Virus record (IMG/VR): IMGVR_UViG_3300011517_000006
Coordinates: 24,476 to 88,475 of that record
Length of the DNA: 64,000 nt
Reading direction: 5' to 3' (one strand)
Origin: a virus
Taxonomy: Duplodnaviria > Caudoviricetes
Positions 43,972-53,457 of the stretch are shown piece after piece. A program made the translations under genes and the position numbers. Numbering within the stretch: the stretch's first letter is position 1; every line of letters starts with the position of its first letter. Under the pieces are notes generated by a model. That model ran no database searches and was not told the DNA's origin. It saw nothing but the letters and a program-made list of their open reading frames with translations.

Positions 43972-45192
43972 ATGTCCGAAGCTCAAGAAATGGAAACGCT
44001 CGTCAAGGACCTGAAGCAGGCCGCCGACGACGTGAAGAAGGTCGCGGAGACCACCCAGACCGAAGTCAAGAACCTGGGCAAGGTGACCGACGAGACCAAG
44101 CAGAAGGCCGACGAGGCGCTGGTCAAGCACAACGAAATCAGCGAGCGCCTGTCGGTCATCGAACAGAAGATGACCCAGCCCGACGGCCGCGACGACGAAC
44201 GCCAGAAGTCGGCCGGTCAGATGGTCGCCGAGAGTGACGAGCTGAAGAGCTTCATCGCCGGCGGCGGCAAGGGCCGGGTCAGCATCGCAGTCAAGGCGAT
44301 CATCTCGTCGCTGACGACTGACGCCAACGGTTCGGCCGGCGACCTGATCGTGCCCCAACGCGTGGACGGCATCATCACACCCGCTCAGCGCCGCATGACC
44401 ATCCGCGACCTGCTGACGCCGGGTAACACCGCGTCGAACGCCATCCAGTACGTGAAGGAAACCGGCTTCACGAACAACGCTTCGACGGTGTCGGAAACCT
44501 CCGGCTCGACGAAGCCGCAGTCGGAGATCAAATTCGACATCGTCACCACGCCCGTCACGACCATCGCCCACTGGGTGCTGGCGACGAAGCAGATCCTGGA
44601 CGACGTGCCGCAACTGCGGTCCTACATCGACGGGCGCCTGCGCTACGGCCTGGAGTACGTCGAGGAAGGCCAGATGCTGAACGGCGGCGGCACCGGCACC
44701 GACCTGAACGGCATCTACACCCAGGCCACGGCGTACTCGGCTCCGACGACCCTGCCGGCGCCGGTCACCAGCATTGACGTTCTGCGTCTGGCGATGCTGC
44801 AGGCCTTCCTGGCTGAGCTGCCCCCGACGGGTCACGTCCTGCACCCGACCAACTGGGCCGAGATCGAGCTGGTCAAGGATACGACCGGCCGTCACATCAT
44901 CGGCAACCCGGTCAACGGCGGCCCGTCCACCCTGTGGCGCCTGCCTGTGGTCGAGACCCCGGCCATGACGGTCGGGAAGTTCCTGACCGGCGCCTTCAAG
45001 CTGGGCGCGCAGATCTTCGACCGGGAAGAGGCCAACGTCGAAATCTCGACCGAGGACAGCGACAACTTCCGCAAGAACCTGGTCACGATCCGCGCCGAGG
45101 AACGTCTGGCCTTGGCCGTCTACCGCCCGGAAGCCTTCATCAAGGGCGACCTGGCTGCGGCCATCACCGCTTCGACCGCCACCGGCGGCTGA
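43972..45192 (+). CDS. Major capsid protein, HK97 family
   Basis: N-terminal delta coiled coil, AGDLIVP, QILDDVPQL, RAEERLA. Confidence 0.93.
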   Translation: MSEAQEMETLVKDLKQAADDVKKVAETTQTEVKNLGKVTDETKQKADEALVKHNEISERLSVIEQKMTQPDGRDDERQKSAGQMVAESDELKSFIAGGGKGRVSIAVKAIISSLTTDANGSAGDLIVPQRVDGIITPAQRRMTIRDLLTPGNTASNAIQYVKETGFTNNASTVSETSGSTKPQSEIKFDIVTTPVTTIAHWVLATKQILDDVPQLRSYIDGRLRYGLEYVEEGQMLNGGGTGTDLNGIYTQATAYSAPTTLPAPVTSIDVLRLAMLQAFLAELPPTGHVLHPTNWAEIELVKDTTGRHIIGNPVNGGPSTLWRLPVVETPAMTVGKFLTGAFKLGAQIFDREEANVEISTEDSDNFRKNLVTIRAEERLALAVYRPEAFIKGDLAAAITASTATGG

Positions 45193-45200
45193 TGCTGAGC

Positions 45201-45227
45201 GCCCCGGCTTCGGCCGGGGCCTCTTTT
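45201..45227 (+). terminator. Intrinsic terminator after capsid gene
   Basis: GCCCCGGC-TTCG-GCCGGGGC-CTCTTTT. Confidence 0.8.
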
Positions 45228-45270
45228 CCCGAGCGGCCGATCAGCGGCCGTTCCGGCAAGGAGAACACCG

Positions 45271-45507
45271 ATGAAACTCTATGCTCTCGATACCGTGCAG
45301 ATCACGTCCGTGAAGACGCCCGACCCCCTGCTGGCCGGCGAGGCGTTCGACGTCGATGACGAGGCCCTGGCGAAACAGCTTGTGGACCGCGGCTTGGCTA
45401 GCGAGAAAGCGCCCGGCGAGAAAGCCGCGCCGCCGCCGAAGAACAAGGCTGAGCCCGCGCCTGCGAACAAGGCGGCACCGAAGCCGGCTAACAAGGCGGA
45501 CGCCTGA
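45271..45507 (+). CDS. Small head-associated protein
   Basis: K/A/P-rich tail PPPKNKAEPAPANKA; follows capsid. Confidence 0.65.
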   Translation: MKLYALDTVQITSVKTPDPLLAGEAFDVDDEALAKQLVDRGLASEKAPGEKAAPPPKNKAEPAPANKAAPKPANKADA

Positions 45508-45818
45508 TGCTGAACGTCGTCGTCCTGACGGCCGGCCCGCTCTTCGACCTGGCCGAGGCCAAGCAGCACCTGCGCGTCGACCATGATGACGACGACACCC
45601 TGATCGAGGGCTACGCGGACGCGGCCGTGCTGTCCTGCCTGGACTTCTGCGACCGCAAATTGGTCCCGCAGGGCGCCGAGCCTGTCTTCAAGGCCGCCGC
45701 GCTTCTGCAAATGGCCGGGCTCTTCAACTCGCGGGAGGCGATCATCACCGGCGCCACGGTGCAGTTGAACCCGGCGGTCGAGAACCTGCTGCGCCCCTAC
45801 CGCATCATTCGAGTCTGA
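45507..45818 (+). CDS. Head-tail connector (gp6-like)
   Basis: LAEAKQHLRVDHDDDDTLI...LLRPYR. Confidence 0.88.
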   Translation: MLNVVVLTAGPLFDLAEAKQHLRVDHDDDDTLIEGYADAAVLSCLDFCDRKLVPQGAEPVFKAAALLQMAGLFNSREAIITGATVQLNPAVENLLRPYRIIRV

Positions 45819-45829
45819 GGAGACCCGCC

Positions 45830-46045
45830 ATGCGCGTTCGCTTTTTGAAAGATCGCCTCTGGACGCCGCCTGAGGATCGGCGCCTGACCGTGGCCTACAA
45901 GGCTGGGATGGAAGAGACCGTGAAGCGGTCGTGGGGCGAGCAGATGGTGCGCGATGGCGCGGCCGTCGAGATCGAGGCTCCGCCGCGCGCGACTGACGAA
46001 CCCGGTTCGTCTCCGGCGCTCAAGCGTGTGAAGGCGACTGCCTGA
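45830..46045 (+). CDS. Hypothetical virion-region protein
   Basis: MRVRFLKD..W.P; RBS GAGGAG. Confidence 0.6.
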   Translation: MRVRFLKDRLWTPPEDRRLTVAYKAGMEETVKRSWGEQMVRDGAAVEIEAPPRATDEPGSSPALKRVKATA

Positions 46046-46386
46046 TGAGTGTCGGCGCGGGCGATCTGCGTGACAGGTGGACATTCCAGCAGCGCGCCGT
46101 TGACGCCAATGGCGCCCGGCGTGGTCCATGGGAAGAAGGGTTCAGCGTCAGCGCCAAGGTGACATGGCTGATCGGGTCGGAGGCTGTGATGCAGGACCGT
46201 CTGACTGGCCGACAGCCTGTCGTTCTGACGATCCGGGAGTCCAGCATGTCCCGTCAGATCACGCCCGGCTGGCGTGCTTTCGATGCCCGGCGCGCAGGCC
46301 GTGAGGCGAACATCACGGCGGTGTCGCCGTCGAAGACGCGTGGTTTCCTCGACGTGCTGGCCGTCATCGGCGTGGCGCAGGGCTGA
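46045..46386 (+). CDS. Head closure / head-tail adaptor
   Basis: AGDLRDRWTFQ; position. Confidence 0.8.
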   Translation: MSVGAGDLRDRWTFQQRAVDANGARRGPWEEGFSVSAKVTWLIGSEAVMQDRLTGRQPVVLTIRESSMSRQITPGWRAFDARRAGREANITAVSPSKTRGFLDVLAVIGVAQG

Positions 46387-46862
46387 TGAGCCGCCCTCTG
46401 ACGGCGGCGGGCCGGGCGCACCTGAAGAAGAGGATGATGAAGCTGCCCGAGCAGATGCGCGTGAGGGTGGATGCGTCGCTTTCCGGTTCGGCGGATGCGC
46501 TGGTCGACGCCATCAAGGCGGCGGCGCCGGTGCGATCGGGTGACCTGCGGGATTCGATCCGCAAGGTTCCGCTGGACGACGGGCAGATCGGCTATCGGAT
46601 CGTCGGCGGCGAGCGAGGCAAGGGAAAGAAGGGCTGGTATCTGCGGTTCGTCGAGTACGGGACGAAGGCGTCGCCCGGTAGCCAGGGAGCCCTGTACAAG
46701 CGCCAGAAGGGGAAGTGGCGGGGCATGCGGCGCAGGGACAAGCGCGCCCATGCCGCCACACCTGCCCAGCCGTTCTTTTGGCCGACCTATCGCCGGATGA
46801 AGGCCCGTATCCGTGCGGCGCGGACGCGAGCCCTTAAACGAGGGGCGCAGGAGGCGAAATGA
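46386..46862 (+). CDS. HK97 gp10-like tail component
   Basis: APVRSGDLRDSI, RFVEYGT, AQPFFWP. Confidence 0.85.
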   Translation: MSRPLTAAGRAHLKKRMMKLPEQMRVRVDASLSGSADALVDAIKAAAPVRSGDLRDSIRKVPLDDGQIGYRIVGGERGKGKKGWYLRFVEYGTKASPGSQGALYKRQKGKWRGMRRRDKRAHAATPAQPFFWPTYRRMKARIRAARTRALKRGAQEAK

Positions 46863-47284
46863 TCGACGAAGCCTTCGACGCCACGCAGGAACAACTGTTG
46901 CGCGCGAGCCCGGCGCTGTCCGACGATATGGGCGGCCGGGTCCGGTTGTATGGCCTGTCGGCGCCCAATGACGCGCCCTTCCCGCACATCATCCACGGCG
47001 AGAGCCAAATCCTTCCTGACGGCGATGAATGCCGCGAGGCGTACGAGATCTACTCGACCCTCTATGTCTGGACGCGGGACGACGCGAAGGGACCTGCCGC
47101 CACAATGGTGCAGGCCAAACGCATCGGCGGCCGTGTCCGCACTCTACTGGACATCGCTCTGCCCATTCCCGGCTTTCGTACGGTCGAGCACCGCGTCGAG
47201 AGCACCCGCTACATGCCTGACGCTGACGGACTGAGCGCCCTCGGCGTCATTGAGCACCGCTATTGGGTCGAAGCCTCGGCCTGA
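46859..47284 (+). CDS. Tail terminator (DUF3168-like)
   Basis: APFPHIIHGE; position before tail tube. Confidence 0.75.
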   Translation: MIDEAFDATQEQLLRASPALSDDMGGRVRLYGLSAPNDAPFPHIIHGESQILPDGDECREAYEIYSTLYVWTRDDAKGPAATMVQAKRIGGRVRTLLDIALPIPGFRTVEHRVESTRYMPDADGLSALGVIEHRYWVEASA

Positions 47285-47339
47285 TGCCCCGGCCGCCCAG
47301 CGCGGCCTTCTTCCTCACAATCGAAAAGGAGGCCGAGCC

Positions 47340-47807
47340 ATGGCTCTGGTCAAAACCACGCGCTGGTCAGAACTGGTGCTGAAAGTCGGTGACGGCGCGA
47401 CGCCGGAACAGTTCAAGCCGCTGTGCACGATCAACGCGGCGCGCGGCATCAACTTCAACGCCAATACGACCGAGGACTCGATCCCGGACTGCGACGATCT
47501 GAAGAAACTGCAATGGCTGATCCGCGAAAAGGTCAGCCTGTCTGTCGATGTGACCGGCGCAGGCAAGGTCGACAAGAAAGACGTGAAGCCTCTGGTGGAC
47601 TGGCAGCAGTCGCCTGAAACCCGCAACTGCATCGTGGTGTTGGACGACTCCGATCCGGACAATGTGATCCAGTTCCTGGGCGCCTATCATCTGACGACGT
47701 TCAGCATGAATGGCGATCCGGGCACTCCGACCGTCACCGGCGACATCGCCCTGCAATCCAGCGGCGCCGTCGCGGCCACCTACGGCGCCAACGTCGGCGG
47801 CGCGTAA
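47340..47807 (+). CDS. Major tail tube protein
   Basis: VLKVGDGATPEQF...C, SVDVTGAG; GTA-like tube family. Confidence 0.8.
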   Translation: MALVKTTRWSELVLKVGDGATPEQFKPLCTINAARGINFNANTTEDSIPDCDDLKKLQWLIREKVSLSVDVTGAGKVDKKDVKPLVDWQQSPETRNCIVVLDDSDPDNVIQFLGAYHLTTFSMNGDPGTPTVTGDIALQSSGAVAATYGANVGGA

Positions 47808-48247
47808 TGGACGGGACCGCTCTTCTGATCCGGCCTTTCGGTGGCGAGGAGCGGGCCTTCCGCCTCGACATCGACCGGCTGCGGGCGTTGCAGGAGAAAA
47901 GCGACGCCGGGCCGGTCGAACTGATCCGACGCATTGAGGCGGCGGCCTGGCGTGTAGACGATCTGCGCGAGACGATCTTTCAGGGTCTTGTCGGCGGCGG
48001 GGCGACGCAGCTGGAGGCGACCGTTCTGGTGCGCGACAACTTCGACCACCAGTCGCGCGGGTACGCCCAGTTCACGCAGCTGGCCTATGACATCCTGGCG
48101 GCCGCAGTCTTCGGGCCTGAGGATGAGCCCCTGGGGGAGCCGGAGGGAGCGAAGCCGACCCGCTCCCGCGCAGTAAAATCAGGTTCGGGTCCATCATCGG
48201 CGCAGCGGCCGTCCTCGGGTGGACGGCGCGGGACGTCGGCCAAATGA
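47807..48247 (+). CDS. Tail assembly chaperone (G)
   Basis: FGGEERAFRL, LRETIFQGLVGGG; GTA-type chaperone. Confidence 0.78.
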   Translation: MDGTALLIRPFGGEERAFRLDIDRLRALQEKSDAGPVELIRRIEAAAWRVDDLRETIFQGLVGGGATQLEATVLVRDNFDHQSRGYAQFTQLAYDILAAAVFGPEDEPLGEPEGAKPTRSRAVKSGSGPSSAQRPSSGGRRGTSAK

Positions 48248-48363
48248 GCCTGTGGGAGTTCGGTCAGGCGATGGAGGGCTATGCCGAGGCCCACGGCGGT
48301 GAAGCCAAGCCGTCGGCGCCAACGGACGACCGTCACGCGGAGCTGTTGGCGAAATACGCCTAA
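48133..48363 (+). CDS. Tail chaperone -1 frameshift extension (T)
   Basis: -1 frame open from GGGGGAG (48133): ...LGWTARDVGQMSLWEF...LLAKYA*. Confidence 0.65.
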   Translation, partial: GGAGGSEADPLPRSKIRFGSIIGAAAVLGWTARDVGQMSLWEFGQAMEGYAEAHGGEAKPSAPTDDRHAELLAKYA

Positions 48364-49049
48364 GCCCTACTTCTTCGGCTTGCCCGGAGAGGGAGATGGC
48401 CGCGGCGAAGGGGGGGTTTGCGACGGCCTGGGGGACGGTGCACCCTTCCCGCCACGGTCACCTACATTGCTACGCCGCTCGGGCGGCGGTTTGGCTGGAG
48501 ACATGTTTTGAAAGTCCAAGATTATCTGTCCGCCTCGGATGAACAGCGATACCTTATCTTGAGTCAAGCCGACTTGCGTCTGGCGGATCAACACGGCTTT
48601 GCGCAAGCGGCCGATGCGCGGGCCGCAACGGTGACGGGCGCCGCAGCAGCATTGGCCACGGCAGCGGTAGGGGCCTTTGCGGCCGGCCTTAGCGACGGAG
48701 TTAACTGGCCGCTCGTCGGCGGCGGATTTGCTGCCACCATTGGCTTTGCGTGGGGCGCGCGACAGGCTCTGCATTCAGCCAGATGCGTCCAGTTCCACCC
48801 TCGTGGTTATCGGCCCAGCGATTTTTCAGACGATGTCCGCGCTAAAAAGGCGCACGCAGAGACCATCTCGGAAATGCTCGAGGATCTGGACGAACGTCTC
48901 GAGTTCAATCGCAAAGTCTTGATCGACCGGGGGGAGTTGATCGACAGCGCTATGAAGATGCTGTGGAAGACGCCGTTTGCGGCCTTAGCGGCAGCAGTTG
49001 CGTTCTGGCTTGGAGCGATGGCCTTTGGGTGAGTTGGCGAAATACGCCT
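48345..49049. repeat. 17-bp direct repeat GTTGGCGAAATACGCCT flanking a one-gene cassette
   Basis: Exact copies at 48345-48361 and 49033-49049. Confidence 0.85.
48508..49032 (+). CDS. 3-TM membrane protein (Pycsar-effector-like architecture)
   Basis: TTG start with GGAG RBS; ADARAATVTG-TM1-TM2-HPRGY...FNRKVL-TM3. Confidence 0.65.
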   Translation: MKVQDYLSASDEQRYLILSQADLRLADQHGFAQAADARAATVTGAAAALATAAVGAFAAGLSDGVNWPLVGGGFAATIGFAWGARQALHSARCVQFHPRGYRPSDFSDDVRAKKAHAETISEMLEDLDERLEFNRKVLIDRGELIDSAMKMLWKTPFAALAAAVAFWLGAMAFG

Positions 49050-49094
49050 GAGGTCGTAGCCTTCACCGATCAATGATCGGGAGAGCGGCGTGCG

Positions 49095-49790
49095 ATGATG
49101 TTTTTTCTTTTCATACTCGGCTTGGTGTTCGTCGGGGCGATCATCGTTGTCGTAATCCAGTCGAACGCTGCGGCAGAGGAACTGAGACAAACAGAACAGT
49201 CGGTGCGCGCCGAGTTCGAGTTGGATGAACTGGTTATCTCACCAGTCGATCAGGGCTTTGTTGGGTTCAATTTCGCGCAGGCCCAAGTGGTTCTTGGGAG
49301 CGGAGGGCACAAGGCGACGTATGATTTTGCAGACATTGCAGCAGTAGAGATCATCAAAAACGGCGCATCTGTGGTTTCGACCAATCGGGGGTCTCAGTTT
49401 CTGGGCGCTGCGATTGGCGGCGTCGCCCTCGGCGGGGTTGGGCTGCTGGCTGGAGCTCTTACGGGCTCAAAGCGCACGAACGAAGGCATCCGTGAGCTAA
49501 GTGTGAAGATCACTGTGGATGATCATGTGCGGCCTTTGCATGTCCTGAAGATTTTTCAGTGTGCAGACAAAAAAGGCCTAGCTGCTGACAGTATTGTCGT
49601 CACCCACGCTGCTGAGCAAGCCGACAGGATCAATGCCCATTTCGTCAATGGGATGCGGCGGGCAGATCAGGCAAGGACGGCCCCGAGTGTAGACTATGCC
49701 GGTCAGATTGATCGGCTGTGGTCGCTTCATCAAGCGGGCGCTCTAACCGAAGAAGAGTTCCAGCGTCAGAAGGCGCTACTCGCTCAATAA
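49095..49790 (+). CDS. Membrane-anchored protein with C-terminal SHOCT domain (moron)
   Basis: N-terminal TM; IDRLWSLHQAGALTEEEFQRQKALL; lower GC. Confidence 0.8.
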   Translation: MMFFLFILGLVFVGAIIVVVIQSNAAAEELRQTEQSVRAEFELDELVISPVDQGFVGFNFAQAQVVLGSGGHKATYDFADIAAVEIIKNGASVVSTNRGSQFLGAAIGGVALGGVGLLAGALTGSKRTNEGIRELSVKITVDDHVRPLHVLKIFQCADKKGLAADSIVVTHAAEQADRINAHFVNGMRRADQARTAPSVDYAGQIDRLWSLHQAGALTEEEFQRQKALLAQ

Positions 49791-49817
49791 GTCGTTTGTA
49801 ACGAACTGGGTTAGGTA

Positions 49818-49846
49818 GGGGCGGCCTCTTCGGAGCCGCCCTTTTT
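49818..49846 (+). terminator. Intrinsic terminator after moron
   Basis: GGGCGG(C)CTC-TTCG-GAGCCGCCC-TTTTT. Confidence 0.8.
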
Positions 49847-49858
49847 CATGGGTGACGC

Positions 49859-52800
49859 ATGGCCGAAGAAGAAATTTTCTCCGTCGTTCTCGACGCTCGA
49901 ATGGCGGCGTTTGAGAAGCAGATGCTTCAGGCTGCGAACAAGACAGATCAGAACCTTAATCGCATCGAAAAGAAGATGGCGCACGCGAACAATCGTTTGC
50001 GGAAAGGTCTGACTTTCGGCGGACTGGACGCGCGAGGAGAGCGAGCGTTCAAGGACCTGGAACGCCGATTTGCCGGACTGCGCGGAACTGCTCTTGGCGG
50101 TCTTGCCGCCCTCGGGGTCGGTTTCGGCGGCGCGGAGTTGGTCCGCGCTCTACGTGAGGAAGAAGAAGCAGCGCGCCGCCTGGGCGCCGTTCTGAAGTCG
50201 ACAGGGCATGCGGCGGGCCTATCCCAGCAGGAAATCGCACAATGGGCTGATGCACTCGAGGTCAAGACCGGCCGTTCTGCCGCAGAAATTCAGACTGTGG
50301 CGGCGCAGTTGGCGACGTTCACCAGCATCGGTAGAAATGAGTTCTTGAAAGCCATCGAGGTGGCTGACGACCTGGCAGCGACCTTTGGCGGCGATCTTCA
50401 GTCCAATCTTGACGCTGTCGCGCGCGCACTGGATGACCCAATCAAAGGCTTTGGCAATCTGCAGAAGCGCGGCTTCGCCCTTGCTGATGCTGAACTGAAG
50501 CGCGTTAAGGCCCACCTTGCCGCCGGCGAGTCCGCCAAGGCCCAAGGCATCATCCTCGAGAACCTGTCCAAGCAAGTGAGCGGCGCGGCGGAAGCGACCA
50601 ATCAAGGTCTGACGAAAGCGCTTAATGATCTGAAAAAAGCGGCGGGTGACGCCTTCAAGGCTATGGCTGAGAGGGGAGGCACAGACGCTGCAACTGCGGC
50701 CATCGAAGCCGTCACCAAAGGCGTGCATTTGCTGGAAAGCAACATGGGCACGTTGGTGTCAGTTTCACAGGCCGCCGCCGCCTTCTTCGCTACGCGCTGG
50801 GTGGCCTCGATGGTCTTGGCCAAAGATGGTCTGGTAATGACCTCGATCGCTGCGGTGCGGGCGAAGGGATCGGTTGAGGCATTGAACGCCGTAATGCGGG
50901 CGAGCCCGGCGGTTATCGTAGCCGCGACGGTCGCAGCATTGTCGTTCGCCATGCTTGAACAGCATCGTCGTACGCAGGAGCTGGAGGCATCCACCAAGCG
51001 CTACAATGATCTGGTCAAAGAGCACGATCAGATGCTGGCCCAGGTGGCGAAGAACACCAAGGCCGTCGGTGACGCTTCGGCAGGCGCTGTGGGCGGGATC
51101 GACGCCATGTGCGACGCGGTTGATCGCGCCGCTGATGCCATGTGGACGCTGGCTGATGCTCAGAAAGAGGTCCTGCGCACCAACATCATGAAGCAGATCG
51201 AGGACAACCGCGAGCAAATCGCTGGTCTGTCGAAACGGTCCCTCATGGACAATGTGCAACTGGCTGGTGAAATCCTGGGCGGAAACGGCTCGGCGACGGC
51301 ATATCGCGAAGCGGACCGTCGTCAGGCTATCCAACAGCTCGAGCGGCAGAACGCGGACCTGATGTCGCGGGTGATGGGGATATCGCTCGATCCGGACGGT
51401 GGTCTGCGCCGCCGGGATCAGAACACGACTGAGGTCGAATACACCCCCAAGGTCGACAAGAACGCGGCCAAACAGGCCGAACAGCGCAAGCGCCTGCTGG
51501 AAGACCTGAAGGCGCAGACCGCGCTGGAGGTGGCACAGCTGGATGAGCAGGTCGCCAAAGTCCGCGAGCTGGAGCGCCAAGCCGAGATCACGGCGCGCAT
51601 CCGTCAGCTGGAAGACGCCGGGTTCAAGGCCGCGCAGGCGAGGGCCATTTCGGGCGAGGTCCAGACCAAGCTGGACGAAGCCCGCGCGCGCGCCATGGAG
51701 CGCGAAGAGGGTCTGCTGAAGCGCGGCTGGGACCTGGACATCGCCCGCCTGGACGAGAACTGGGCGACGGTCCGCGCGATTGAGGAAGAGGTCGAGAAGC
51801 GCGAACTTGTGGCAGCGCTGGCCAAGGTGACGGCGGATGAAACAAGCGCCATCGCCAAGGCCGAAAGCATGCTGGCCGCCATCCAGTCGGCCCGCGTGGA
51901 CGCCGCCAAGCGCGGCCTCGATCTGGCCCGCGAAGAGCACCGCCTCGCCGTCGCCCAGCTAAGCGGCAATCGGGAACTGACCAAGCAGTTGCAGGACCAG
52001 GCTGCGATCCGCGAACGGACCAAGGCCTATCAGGCCGAGGGCTACGGACTGAAGCCTGCCGATGCGGAGCGGCGTGCGACCGAGGAAGTCACGCGCGAGC
52101 GGGCTGCAGCGACCTATGGCGAGCATCGTGAACTGTTCGCCACGGCGTTCAGCGACGGCATCCGCGCGGCGATGACAGGCGACCTTCAGGGCTTCCTGTC
52201 CAATCAGTTCGGCAACTTCGCCGATACGATGATGCAGAAGGCGGGGGAGCAGATCTTCGACGCCATGTTCGGCGGCGTGGATGCGGTGGCTGAGGGCGTT
52301 TCCCAAGGCGCGGCGATAGCCGCCACGGTCACGCCTGCCATTACGGGCGCCGGCGCGGCTGCTGGCGCCACTATGGCGGCGTCGATTACTGCAGCCGGTG
52401 CAGCCGCCGGAGCTTCGATGGCGGCGGCGATCGCTGGCGCCAACATGACCAAGTTCCCGCTGTTCGACCAGGGCGGGTACACGGGGCCCGGCGGCGTCAA
52501 ACAGGCGGCCGGCATCGTCCACAAAGGCGAGGTCGTCTTCAGCCAGAAGGATGTTGCGCGCCACGGCGGCCCGGCAGCTGTCGAGGCCCTGCGGCGCGGG
52601 ATGCCCGGCTATGCGCAAGGCGGCGTGGTCGGGCGGACGGTGATCCCTGGCGTCAATGCGGCCGTCAACCGGATCAGCGGCGCCAGTCAGGCCCAGCAGC
52701 AGCCGATCATCATCAAGATGGCTGTCGAAGAAGGCGCCCTTTTCCAGCCTACCATCGAGGCGGTTTCCGGCCGCGTCAGTGTGCAGACGACAGCCATGGG

Positions 52801-52867
52801 CGTCGCCACGGTTCAGGACCAACAGCGCACCGCCAATATGCGCCGCAGACAGAGCCTTGTCGGATGA
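49859..52867 (+). CDS. Tail tape measure protein
   Basis: 1002 aa Ala-rich helical; FDQGGYTG...GIVHKGEVV C-terminus. Confidence 0.9.
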   Translation: MAEEEIFSVVLDARMAAFEKQMLQAANKTDQNLNRIEKKMAHANNRLRKGLTFGGLDARGERAFKDLERRFAGLRGTALGGLAALGVGFGGAELVRALREEEEAARRLGAVLKSTGHAAGLSQQEIAQWADALEVKTGRSAAEIQTVAAQLATFTSIGRNEFLKAIEVADDLAATFGGDLQSNLDAVARALDDPIKGFGNLQKRGFALADAELKRVKAHLAAGESAKAQGIILENLSKQVSGAAEATNQGLTKALNDLKKAAGDAFKAMAERGGTDAATAAIEAVTKGVHLLESNMGTLVSVSQAAAAFFATRWVASMVLAKDGLVMTSIAAVRAKGSVEALNAVMRASPAVIVAATVAALSFAMLEQHRRTQELEASTKRYNDLVKEHDQMLAQVAKNTKAVGDASAGAVGGIDAMCDAVDRAADAMWTLADAQKEVLRTNIMKQIEDNREQIAGLSKRSLMDNVQLAGEILGGNGSATAYREADRRQAIQQLERQNADLMSRVMGISLDPDGGLRRRDQNTTEVEYTPKVDKNAAKQAEQRKRLLEDLKAQTALEVAQLDEQVAKVRELERQAEITARIRQLEDAGFKAAQARAISGEVQTKLDEARARAMEREEGLLKRGWDLDIARLDENWATVRAIEEEVEKRELVAALAKVTADETSAIAKAESMLAAIQSARVDAAKRGLDLAREEHRLAVAQLSGNRELTKQLQDQAAIRERTKAYQAEGYGLKPADAERRATEEVTRERAAATYGEHRELFATAFSDGIRAAMTGDLQGFLSNQFGNFADTMMQKAGEQIFDAMFGGVDAVAEGVSQGAAIAATVTPAITGAGAAAGATMAASITAAGAAAGASMAAAIAGANMTKFPLFDQGGYTGPGGVKQAAGIVHKGEVVFSQKDVARHGGPAAVEALRRGMPGYAQGGVVGRTVIPGVNAAVNRISGASQAQQQPIIIKMAVEEGALFQPTIEAVSGRVSVQTTAMGVATVQDQQRTANMRRRQSLVG

Positions 52868-53457
52868 TCGAACTTCCTGCCTGCCCTCCGATCAAGGAGG
52901 CGGTCCCGCGCTACGTCAGCTTCGGGGTCGATCAGGACCCGATCCTGGGCGGTCCGCAGTCGAAGGTGCTGCGCATGGGGGACCGCTGGGCCATCGACGT
53001 GGAGACCTATCCGGCCGAGTACGCCGAGCATGGGATGAAGTACCTGTCGCGGCTCGTGCGCGGCCTGAAGGAGACTGTTCGGCTGGCTTTTCCAGAGCCG
53101 GGGGTGAAGCCCCGGTCCTATGGGGCGCCGGTCGTCGCCTCGGCTGGTTCGGCGGGAACGTCGCTGCCTGTCAGCGGCCTGATCCCCGGCGACGTGATCC
53201 GTGAGGGCAAGTTCTTCAGCCTCGTCATCGGAGGGCAGTCCTACCTCTATCAGGTCGCGGTCGCGGATGTGGTTGTCGGCGCGGGCACCACGGCGACCCT
53301 GCAAATCGAGCCGATGCTGCGGCGCCAGCCCCCGGCCGGGACCGCCCTGGATTTCGAGCCCAAGATCGAGGGCTTCGTGCAGGGCAACGAACAGGCCTGG
53401 AACACAAGCCGGTCGAAGTACCTGCCGTTCCGCTTCACCATCAAGGAGCGCGCCTGA
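52864..53457 (+). CDS. Distal tail protein-like
   Basis: Directly after TMP, ATGA-coupled. Confidence 0.65.
   Translation: MIELPACPPIKEAVPRYVSFGVDQDPILGGPQSKVLRMGDRWAIDVETYPAEYAEHGMKYLSRLVRGLKETVRLAFPEPGVKPRSYGAPVVASAGSAGTSLPVSGLIPGDVIREGKFFSLVIGGQSYLYQVAVADVVVGAGTTATLQIEPMLRRQPPAGTALDFEPKIEGFVQGNEQAWNTSRSKYLPFRFTIKERA

Noticed and set aside
48367-48504. Pro-rich minus-strand mini-ORF (MSPAKPPP...)
   Set aside because: Start abuts the divergent gene with no promoter space; low complexity; unsupported
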